Below are positions 15,701 through 28,200 of a DNA stretch of 64,000 nucleotides, piece by piece (the first letter of the stretch is position 1; every line of letters begins with the position of its first letter). The notes below the pieces were generated by a model. That model did no database searches. It was not told the DNA's origin and saw only the letters and a list, made by a program, of their open reading frames with translations. This stretch comes from Tubiluchus corallicola (Eukaryota; Animalia; Priapulida), in contig JAQGDQ010000033.1 in assembly GCA_030141605.1 (NCBI GenBank), forward strand, positions 496,001-560,000, read 5' to 3'. A program made the position numbers and the translations under genes.

Positions 15701-16147
15701 GGCTCATTAACAGTAACGGCAAAACCTACTTGTTGATGATCACGACTACGACGACGGCACATTGCCGATGACGACTAAGATAATAAAGGCCTACTGTTTT
15801 TCATATAATTGTAGCTAAATACTCTAAATCTTGTGCCTCCTCTTTACGCTTGAGAGACGTTGTGTTTTTCGACTTTTTTCTGCATGCTTTTTCATCCACT
15901 ACTTCGCATGCAGATAGCTGCTGAAAGTGGTGCCACGACGTCATGAAATTTGCAAATAAATGCTTTATGATCCAGCCTGGAGCCACTCTAAAATACCATT
16001 CCTGCTTGTGCGTGCCCAGGCTATACATCACATTGCAATTATATTTTTCTTATATGGGAAAATTAAGCTCACTTTCTACATGCAGATAATAAAACTAGAG
16101 CTTTATTAAACTTTGCACGCACCTATCTGATATATATATATATATAT

Positions 16148-16224
<77 letters not shown>

Positions 16225-19200
16225 CCATATATAAGTAGATTATGATTAAATCTATTATTAATCATATATCTAGTTTAGAATAATAATCTGGGAATGTGTT
16301 GTTGATCATAAATATTGTATGAAACATACATATATAAAGATATAAACATTACCTTCATGTTTTCAAGACTGATATTTCGCTGTCGTCAATTAATTTTAGC
16401 GTGGTTTGTTTTGAAAAAAAAACTGTTGATTGAAATTGTAGGCTTGTAGCTGTATATGAAGCAAACGCTGACATTACATTTCTTATGCCATTTGCTTGGT
16501 CATTATCACACATAGTTACCAATAAACGTTTGCAAATTTGCTTTTTCTTACATAATAATTACCATCAATGGCAAATGTTGTAAGTACAATTTAATCGATT
16601 TGTTTGTGGCATTGCTGTAACGCCTGACGTCTTGGCAACTAATAATGATGAATGAATGACTGTCTTGAAGCTTGATCCTTAACCTTTTGCGAGTCTTTAG
16701 TTTTGAGATGGTGACTTACAGAAAAGATATATCCCCACTCGTAATTGTGATTTGAGTTTCTAAGGCGTATATGTGTGTGTGTGTGTGTGTGTGTGCGTGT
16801 GCGTTAGCGTGTGCGTGTGTGTGTTAAAATAATTACTACTGTCTTTTGAAATTTAAAGTGGTTTATAATTAAAAAACAAAGAAATAAAAAATTGCGTCAT
16901 AATTTCTATAAACAGAAGCCTCAACAATTCTTTGAAACTTAGCAAGTCTTCATAAAAAATACTCTTTGTCCGCTTTAAATAAGCTTACGTCATTATATTT
17001 TGCCCGTTAATCTTTAAGTCCTGCTTGATTTTATGCTAAAATCTTGTCATTACAGGAGTTTTATTATCAATAATCGCTTTTCAAGAAACATGTTTCCATA
17101 CAGGATAGTTAACCCCATCAGATTGAGACTTTAGGTTACTTTATTTACGTCTCCAAACGCATACATAATTTTAAATATATATTTATATAACAGCTTGACA
17201 TTATGCAGTAGCTATGCTGCGAGAGCTAGAACAATCATTCTATTAAGACATGCAAGCTTAACATTCATTCTATCTTTATGCTAAACTTGGGTTTCTTTTC
17301 CATTTGCTGCCTCCCAAACAATGGAATCGAATGTACCAGAAAGTTTTTGAATGTCAATTTCTAAGAACTGTGACTACTGAACTAGTACATCTTGTCGTAA
17401 TCACTGAGTTTATCCCGTTATTAACGGCCCTTCGCGTTACCATGGTAATACTCCGAAAGATACAGTTTAACGTCCTCCTGCTCTTTCCAGACTGAAGATA
17501 TTTTCGTCTTCTTTTTTGCAATTAAAGAATCTCGAAGCACTGCCTGTCATGTTGATCATGAGGTTAGTGTCATTACTCTTTTCATTAACCTCTGAAGCAC
17601 ACGGTGGTTGATATTTTTGTTCTAGCTAATCAGGGACGGGTACAAGGTGAGGTTTCCTTCAAAGAAACCGCGTTTCACACAAATGATAAGGTTGGGTCAT
17701 AAAGTAGCCAGATTAGACTTATGAAAATGCGTTTTGGACGGTGCCTACTGCCCAAGTAGCTTCCAGTGCCTTTGTAAAAGCTCTTAAAGTATGTTGGAGG
17801 ACATGTACGGATGTACGGTAAATTAGGTCAGACATATGTTGTTTTCAATTGTTATTTTTTACGTATAGGTGCATATAGGTTCTACATTCCTTATTACCAA
17901 ACTTCGCTTTTTCTTTAACTCCGCAGCTTGGCATTAATGTAATATTTAGATAAATCGTCAGTAGTTTGTCAGTTTTTGTTGAGATTAGGTTTGTTTGATG
18001 ATGTTGTGCTCCGTATCATTGGCAGAAAAATGTTTTCAAAGAAACTTCACAAAATTCAATTATAGTGGGCACTGGGGACAGAAGTTGATGTTGTAGATGT
18101 TACAAAAAATACTTTGAATCTGCATAGACGCTGTTAACTAATTCAATTTCCTATTAAACACAATTTTTAACAAGCTTTTGTTTTTTATTATTCTAGTCAT
18201 CACCCCAGACATGGACATACATATTGTCGCTGGCAACACCATTAATATAACATGCAAGCCAAAGGAAAATCTGGTTGATATGTATGACAACAATGTCCCC
18301 TACTTCAAAAAGGTGCGTGATGATGACTGGGAAGTATTAATGAAGGAAAACAGTTCTTATGTGTCAATGATTGGACCACATCATGCTATGTTTTTGAAGA
18401 CAAATGCGAGTATTTACGACTCAGCGAGGTACACTTGCTATTATCCTTCGGATAGTCATGATCAAGATCTTTTTCTCGCTGCTAGAGATGTCATGGTCGA
18501 CGGTAAGTTATATCTGCAATATTCTGGTATGATCGAAATTAAAGAAATCATCTGTATTGTGTTGTAAAATCAGTGATACATGTGGGTACTGTAGTTGGGT
18601 ATTGGGACATGAATCATACATTTTTGTATTTAAAACACATGACAGTTTTCAAAGAGCTGTGTTTGTTAGGGTGAATCAAAAATATTTTATTGCGAGACAA
18701 CGAACGATGCTGCCTTTTCGAATTTAGAATTTTGAAGATGTTTTTTCTTATCCAGTTTAGTTTTTCTTTGGCCCTCAGTTTAATCTGACATCAGTCAGTC
18801 AGATTCAGGAAGAATTTTAGTTTAGTCATGAATGAGGATCATTACAGCTTGCTTAAGTATGTCATAATGTCCTACTTGAGATATTTCATGAAGTGGAAGG
18901 AGAAATAAAAAAGTAAGTATGGAAGTAGAGGGAGGATGGAGTAAATTTTGCAGTTTGTTCTGGATTAGAATAGTTGATTCACAGCTGCTTATTATAAATT
19001 AGTTTTTTCATGGGCTTTTTAAAGGAAACGCCAAGCTTTCTGAGAAGTTGGGCTTATTTCAATGTTTGTAAAAAATGCTAGAAGAATTTGACAATAAAAG
19101 TTGATAGTCACAACATGTATTTAGTGAAGTCCATTTCACGCTTGGGCGTTCCCATTTGACCAGTCTTCCGTCGTTCGCCAGTTGAAGAAAAGCAGCACAC

Positions 19201-22200
19201 TGCCAATTTCTGTTTTTACAATAATAAGATACCAAATCTTGTGATATTTTGCATGAATGTCAGACTTAACCTTAGCTGTAGAACTTTGAATTAGTTCAAG
19301 CAGTGCGCGCTTACAAAAAGTCGTGAAGTCCACCAGTTAGGTCATAATTTTCAAGTGAATGGCAGCTAGTAATGTGCCTATAAATTTGGATGCAGCGGTA
19401 GTATAAATTAACTTTATACTTTATAGACAGTTTCTTGCAAATTTACTTTTCTAAGTTTTAATTTCCAGAAAATTTTTTCCTGGAACCGTTCCAGAAAATG
19501 TAATGTTAGATCATGCGAAATAAAAAGTAGTTTATTTTAACTACGTGTATTGATTAATACTGAATATATGATAAAAATTTGATCAACTCGTTAAGGTAAG
19601 AAAGTAGATTTGTAACGTCAGAACGATTATACGCGAATCATGTTGTTCTTTGCTTGCATATACAGAATTGTGAGTAACGTGGCATCTGATTGGCTACTGA
19701 AGTGAAACAATGGCAAGCCTGGCAACTGATTAGTCAGGTGACTGTATAGGAATCTCACTTTGGACAGTTCCTTTCACTGCTACGCCGAATTATTTTGTTG
19801 ATTTAGGGAGGATGTACATGTATCTGATTGCAACTGTGACACTGCTGTCTGTTCACTGTTTCATCTCAGTGGATTATTTTAAAAATGAACTAGGTTCCGG
19901 TCCTGTTATAAAAGAACCTGTAAAAAATTTTGTGAAGAAACATAATTTATTGGGCAAATTTAGACTCCAACATAATGCTCGGTGTTTGGATTTCTATATT
20001 GTTTATTAAATTTGAGGTGATTGTAAGGCAAATGATACAATGCAAATTGATTCTGATGTAACGCTAAAATGAGTTCCAATGTGCCAACTATCAACATGAG
20101 AGAGAGAGAGAGTAGTGTATTCAGAAAGAGAGAGGGAGAGGAGAGGGAGAGAGAGAGGGGGGATAAAGCCGGGAGAGAAAAAAACAGATGAGGGAGAGAA
20201 GGAGTGAGGAAGAGAGGGAAAGGATGAGAGAGGGCAAGAAGGGAAGAAAGTAGAGAGGGAGAGACAAACAGAAAAAACCGAAGGCGTTATCCTACTAAAA
20301 TAGCAGATCTTGCAACTAAAAATGCAACCGCGATTATACAACAGTATAAGCTCACCCGATTCAAAAACATGAGCAGATACCTCTTACAGACCTACCGCAA
20401 ATTAATTTCTGAATTCTGTATTCCTCTAGATATGTATTAATATCTTCACGTTTCTAAGGGTGATTTCAGGGTGATTTTTGTAAAAAAATGTAAATATAAT
20501 GGAGCAGTTGTAATATTTTGGTAATTAGACCTTCTAATCCCTTCATCTTGTTTATAGCATTCATATGAATAAATTCCGAGTAGTTTCCTCGAAGTGCAAG
20601 ACAGAGCGGAAAACTGATGAAAATTAATCTTGTCTTTCCCGAACCTTTCCTTAGTTGCTGCAATATTTCTGATGTGTTTAAAACAGCGAGCGATTGCAGT
20701 TTAACAGCCTCTGCGTTTTGCTAACGACTTGACATTTGTCTGCGCGTTTAATGCCCGCCTTCATGAGCGTCGTCCTATCTTAATACTCCTCAACCAATAT
20801 GCAGTAAATCTTGCTTACAAAAACGCATCGCCAAGCCCACATAGAAGCAAATATCCGCGGCCACTAATTAAAATGAGCTGAGCGGTAAATTTCATTTTCA
20901 ATTATTCACCAGTGAAGCCATGTAAAGTTGGAGTTTTATGATTCGGCTCGCCAGACTGTGGCGTCGGTGCTTCGAGGTCGGTGCATAGCATTACATGCCT
21001 GCTGCATCGTTGTTAACCTCTGACAGAAGCCATCAAAAGCTGAGCCATTTACGTGCAAAGGCGGCTCCAAATCACAATCAAGCGTGTCTGCTGAGCCATT
21101 TACGTAGGAAGGCAGCTCCAAGTCAGAAACTAATAAGGCTAGCCAGCCACTGTCCAAAATAATTCATTACGTCAACGTGCGGCTCAGAGTTGATGCCAAA
21201 AAGTACGGACTGGCATATTTCAATTTCAATTTATTGCTCACATACATAAATATAAAGTACATTGGCAAAACACAGTACAATACATACATGTCAAATAGTG
21301 CATGCATATAAAGTTAATTCATAAAAGCTTTGTGCAAAAGGTTATTTTCAGTGTTAGTAGTAACATTAATTAACATTTTTGCTATAATTTGTATTACATA
21401 GATAAGTTAGTTAACTAATTAAATAGAAGTGCATTGATATAAAATCACAGTTAAATGTTGTAGTTAAATATGATATAATTTTAGAACATAAAAATGGAAA
21501 CTGGTACAGTTAACGTATCATAGTCTTAGTAAATAAGAATGAAGGTTACAGTAGTAGTGGTGGTGGTGGTGGTGATGATGGTGTTGGTGTTGGTAAGTGG
21601 TGATGGCACCACATTGACAGCACAGTGGAGGCAGTTGTAGTGGAGATAATACTGGCGTGCGAAAAGCAACAAATTATGCAAAATTGAACGTGAAATCTCA
21701 AAATTGTTTCAACTTTGTCCTCTCAAAATTTAAAATGACTTACATCTAATATCACGAAGTAAAAGATCACCAAAATTTGCAATCCCATCGCAGGTCCTTA
21801 CAACCACATTTTTCTAAATTGAATTTAAGAGTGAGTTGTTTTTGTTGAAAGTTCAACAAGAAGAAGACATTTATCGGTAATTCTATACCACTGTTTGTGT
21901 AATGCAGAACAAAATTATTTAAATTAACTAATGAATTCAGATAAATTTTCCGAAAATGGAAACTGTTATAATTTTTTTGGATATTAAGGGCAGTTAGAGA
22001 CAGTATGAAAATGTTATTTTATTTTCTTGTTTCAGCTTTGCCCAAGGAAGCGGCGAACGTCACGTTCCAATCCTGGAATGGTCAAGATATAACAATAAGA
22101 TGGGAACCTGATCCATTACAACCTTCAAACAATTACACTGTTTCTATGAAGCATTCGTAAGTCATTTGTATTTTGATAGTTTTAGTTATTAACCAGTACT

Positions 22201-25200
22201 TATTATATACGTGTACCTCATTATTATTGTAAATTAGGCTGTTAAAGTAAGTAATTATTCTTCTATTGTTAGAATCTATAGGTATACTGTTTAGCTCAGG
22301 AATTAACTTTCGTTAGTTCAATAATAATTTTAGTAGATAGCAACACCAACGCTGCAAACAGTGCTAACAGTAATATACAAGATGAAATAGTACAAACTAA
22401 TGTACATATTTAACTCAGTTTATGTGATGTAAATCCATTAGTTCTTTTACATAATAAACTACATAAGTGTGAGAAATCAATGCTGCCTGTTAATGAGCAT
22501 TGACCAAGATACGAAATGGATAGTCCTATGTTCGCCAGCCTATTTATTCAGCTTGAGAGCAGAGACGCCAATATTTAACATTGAAAATTTTCTCTGTGTG
22601 GGTGTGCATTTCCCTCCTGAATCACATGGTCGCTCTGTCGGCTTGCGTGTTGTGAACTTGTGATGAATAATTTTCCAAATTGCGCTTATGTTTGATACTA
22701 ATTCAAACCTTTGATGTGTTTATCGTCTCTGACTGTACACAACGTTTAAGAAATTACGACTCAGCTGTTGGTACATTCGAATTGAGTGAATCAGAAAATT
22801 AATTACTTTCACACGCCAGGGTAAACACCCAGGTTCAGTTTCTCACTGATGAATGGATACAGTGCTTCGGGATGTCTTTGAGAAACTGTGTAAAGTGACT
22901 CAAGTCTCAATTCACAAATCCATTATACTAGTGAAGACATTACATATTTTTTACTTCTACTGTAGACTGTAGCTAAACCACCTATTTTTGGAGCAGCAAC
23001 AGTATAAAAATTGTATTTGCTCAAATTGTCTTTGTCTTTTTATTAGTACTTTCATTAATCTAAATAATATACAAAAAGTGATTGGCTTTTTGTGAATGTT
23101 TCTTTTCAATTTTGTGCTTTATTGCATCCCTCTTGACTTCTTTTTGTTCTCTTGTCCCAGGTATTCATTGTCTGGAGCTACATAAAAGTTCACAGCCTTT
23201 AGGGCATCAGTTTCTTATTGTCATGAGGTGTCATGAACTGAACTGTTTAGTGACTAGTTTTTAGTGTTTTTCTTTATGATAGATACAGATTCAGCAACTT
23301 GTTGTGGCTTGTACAGTAGATAACGTTAAAAAGCCAGAAACTGTTTAAGACCTCAGACTGTATCCGGCATGATACCTTTCTCTGCTGCAATAAAAATAGA
23401 GTAATTTTTGGTCAGGACGCTAATGAACACCTAATTATTTCCCTCATTTTAATAATTTCCAATCTGGTAGTTAGGTAAAGTCGTTTTGTCTTATGCCTTT
23501 TTTCTCTATTAATAAAAAGTTCTCTTTTTCTGGTCTTAATAGGTGACCAATAGAATGGGTCATCTACTTGCAAAATTCACTTAGTGTAAACTGAAAATTA
23601 TTCTAGCTATTTGTCATGTGTTTGTCAATTTGTAACCAATGGTTTACATGATTGACTCATTGATTAATACATGTAATGGATATAATAGCTAGATATATAA
23701 GCTAAAGTGGAATGGTATTCATGAATTTGTAAGCTTTGGAAGTGTCTTACAAATTGTATGTATATACTTCTTTTTGTAGGAACACTTGTTTTTCATGATG
23801 TGTGCTTGGATAATTAAGCAATGCCAACTCTGGTTATTAAATGGATAGGTGGCCATTACACATAGAGAATTTGCGTGTTTGCGAAAGGGCATAGTGACAT
23901 CCCAATCCAACTCACAAAAGCATTACAAAATATAAGAGTCTGAAAAATGTTTGCACCTTCACACTGCCTTTACAGCTATGAATTGCTTCTGTTAGTTCAA
24001 ATGCCTCATCTTAGAGACTTAGATTTAGAGGCATATTCTTGACAGTTATTTTATTCCTACCACAAGTAGCCAGTTAGTAGTAGTAGGACAACTGTTAAAC
24101 ATTGGCTTACATTAGGCGAAATTGTGTAAAAAAACATAGAATTATTTCTTTTTTTTGTATTTTTAGTTTCAGCGCTAGGGGCTTGGGCTTAAATCATGTT
24201 GTGCCATGCCCTGATTACCACTCTAAGGGAAAAAATAGTTGCCATTATAATATCACGTTCGTATATCCTGATTTTGGGAAAGAAGTGTTTGTTCGTGTTT
24301 CTAATCTAGCGGGTGTAAAAGAAACACGATATGACCTTTCTCCTTATTCTTACAGTAAGTATAGATACTGTTTTTTGTTAGTAATAAAATGTATTGAAGT
24401 AATTGTAATTAATTGAGTCATACTAACTTACTTATTAACTATAATCTTATTTATATGTTCATGAGTTTCCAGTGAATGACAATGAATTGAGATCATTCAA
24501 ATGTTGAAATTGACATGAAATGTTTATCTTTTTCCAAAAATATTTGAGTTTGCTAATCATTAATTACTTAATATAATGCAGTGCTTGGTTGTTACATAAC
24601 ATAACACAACATAGTTGCGTTAGGCTGTACTTTGTCTATCTTTTTATTGTAAGTCTTTTTATATGTATTTGCCTTAAAAAATTCTTCTCAACATTTGACA
24701 AATGGTGACTATTGTATTTAATGAAGAATTAGTTTATTTATTTATTTATTTATTTAAGGAAAGTTTGCAGCCTTGATATGAAATAGGTGTACGTATTAGA
24801 CCAGATGGCAAAGGGCATCGCTTAAAAGTAAAGTGGCGCCTTAATTAAATGGGCATTGGTAAACGAGCATGAATGTTAATTTTGGTGGCATTTTTCATAC
24901 TAATTTGTATTTATTAGCGCTGTGAACATTTTCACGTTTTGTGCAGTTATGCCAGCAAAACCCAAAGTCTTGGAGCTTATTGTTGTGAATAGCACCACAT
25001 TAAATGTGACTTGGACGCTGGAAACCGATATGCTGGTTTACGACATTCAGTCTCTTCTATGGTACGAGATTAGATATTATCAGCTGGATTATGAAAATGC
25101 AACTGAGTCTATTATTCAGGTAAGAAATGCTTGCTTTGCTGTTTATCAGTTTGTCCTGCATGTACTTTAAAGCAATAAAATAAAAAATTGTAGTACTTAG

Positions 25201-28200
25201 ATAAAGATAGTTTCAAAGACATTTGCTATATAAAAATGTCATTAAAATAGACAAAGTTACTGAACGTATTACTCTTAGCAGCAAAGTGCAAAATAGCTAG
25301 ATTCATGCCAAAAAACTGACGAGTTCATTCATTTTATTCACAAAATATGCTGCTCATATGAATTTTCATTATGTATTTGTTTGTAAACACTTTCCTAGCT
25401 AGTAACACACTTATTGTGTTGATGGTTATGGAAGGACTAGAACCTGCCTCATTATCCAAGATAATCCTTCAAGATAATGTGGTGACTTACCCATATTTAG
25501 ATGCACATACAGTTTTCCTTAATGACGTACTAATGACGTACTGATGCACTAATGCACAACTTCAGTATGCAATTATAAGTCAAAATGATTACTATTGAAC
25601 TATTACAATTGCCAGCTATTATTCTTGAAATAAATGCTTCTACATTGTTTATGTATCCTTTGAGTCTGTACAAATGTACTATTAGTGCATTTGCATGCAA
25701 AGTAATAGTCTTTATATTGTGTTTGTAGAATTCATTTGTTGAATGCAGGACACTTTGTCCTATTAGCCAAAAATCACCAGCCACTTGCTGTCAATTACTG
25801 AGTTATAAACCTTTAAAGCGGCACACACATTAGCTGTATAAATTGTTATAAAGCAATATTAACATTCGCAAAAGGTACTTTTATGGAACAACGCAGACTT
25901 AGAGGCGTAATAAAATGTCCAGGAGTGAAGTTGCATCGCCTAAAGTTATCACCTGTCCTATGAGTTGTTTGAATACAGTAATAAAAACATACTAATATGG
26001 TAATTGCATGCTCTTGCTGACGTGTACCCAAATACATAAATGTATTGTCATAGTGTGTTAATGTTTAATGGAAAGGTGATGCAGTCATGACGACATTTAT
26101 TAATTTTGAAACATTAGTTGTTTAAAAGCATTAAAGGTCTACATGATTCTGCTTGGTTTGCAGTTCATAAAAAACCGAAATGTCTTTTAAGCGATATGTA
26201 ATGTTTAAATTTTGTTTAAATTTTTTTCGTCGTTTCTGCTAACACACGTGGCCTGAAACAACATACTAGTAATCAATAATTACGTACACTTTCCTGTAGT
26301 CTTTGCCATTATATGAGGTCGATTTCGTTAATTCATTAGTTATTGTAAGCTAAAAGCAAACACCCCAAAAAGTGTATTACTTTGTTATTCAATCAGAAAC
26401 TATTCTGAAATAAGCATTATTTTTGTTTTGCCGTAAAGAGACTAATTTTGTATTTCAATAACGTTTTTTTTATGCAGGAAAGTAATATCAGGCGAATTCT
26501 GTTGATGAACTTAAATCCCTATTCGAATTACTTTGTTTCTTTGCGTTACAAATATAATGACACTACAGGCTATTGGAGTGAGCTGATATCCAACCAAACT
26601 ACAACAAGCCCAGACAGTATGTTTATTATTTTATAAGTAATAGTGTAAAATCTGTTGGCCTTGCTTGCAATATGGTTAACCGTTTGAGAAAACAAAAAAT
26701 AGGTAAAGTACGTGCTTTTTATTCGCTAAAATTATTTTTTTAATAACTTTAATATGTCTGTTATCAGTACAAATTACTTCATCATTAAAAGTTTATTTAT
26801 AAGTTTCCATTATTATAATATAAGTATAAGAATTTATAGTAAATAAGAGACTTAGAAAAAATACTGTTTGATTACCTATGACTTTCCAGCTTATCATGTA
26901 AATGTAAGATTTAGGTCTTGTCTTAAAATATTCGTTTTTACTTATAATTTTAGTACCGTATGGGGAGGCAGCCATGACACTTGGCAGTTTTACCGAAATG
27001 TTAAGTCCGGGAAACCTTAGAGCATTGAAGATTTACTGGAAGGCAAGTACCAGTTTGCTAAAGTTTCAATAAAACCCAATTTCCCCCACCCTGTTGGGAC
27101 CTGTGGTAAAGATGGTGGTGCCAGTACAATCAACATAATGCATCTATGATTGACTTTATTTCTTTATAATCTACCGAGAGTCTCTGTTTGTTCTTTGCTT
27201 ATTACATTATAAGATTTCTGTTCTGCTAATGATTTAGTGTCTGCTAATAATTATACTGTGGCAATAATTTCTAATTAAATATTTTATTTCACCAGTCCTT
27301 GCCAGAGTATTCACAAAATGGCAGAACGTTCTTCTATGCAATATCTTGGACGTCAAGCTGCACAAGAACTGCACAAGATGATACCACAAAAGACACGTTT
27401 TATGAGATTATTAATGCTGAGCGGGATTGTGAATACCGATTCACGGTGACACCAACAAATGAGAAAGGACAATCGATTTCACCAACTAGACAAGTGATAT
27501 TTCCATCTTCCCAATGTATGTTGTTTATTTTGTTTAAAAAGACAGTGACTTTTTACTAGACAGACTTCCATTGTCTTTTCACCATCTTATGTAGTAGAGA
27601 GTGTGCTTGAAATTAGTATGCACTTGTATTTACCATCTTATAAATGCATTTACTTAAATGGCTTGCCAAGCAAATTGGACAGCCCTAGATACTGAACTTT
27701 CGTGTATTATTATTTTTATTTCATGTTTGCACTGTTGTTGTGGTTTTTTGATATCAATGTTGTGTTTTTAATAACTGTTTACTTTGCAGCACCAAAATCA
27801 GTTCTGGTTCCTACTGCCGTGTATGATGATGTGAAGGCCACATATACAGTAACTTGGGAGCCATCACCATCGACAACAGTTATGACATATACAGTATTTT
27901 GGTGTGAAGAAGCTCCTTTATCAGGTATTTAAACTATGTTGTCAAGATTGTGTAGTGTGAATGTGCCGCAATTTATTTTACCACATCTGCAGTTTTATGG
28001 TTATATATTTTATACATTTATAAAAGGCATATACAGGCAGCTGGATTTAGCTTTACTAATGCGTGTAACTTTATTGTTTATAGCACAATTTCATAAGTTT
28101 TACCTTTTTTTGGTAAACAGTACAGTACACCTTACCTACAGTACACCTTTGTTTTTTTTTGGTACAGATTCCGAATGCCAGAGTGACATTAGTTGGGAAG

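Noticed and set aside
20006-20341. 111-aa Ser/Leu/Pro-rich ORF
   Set aside because: Artefact of translating the GA-rich simple-sequence tract
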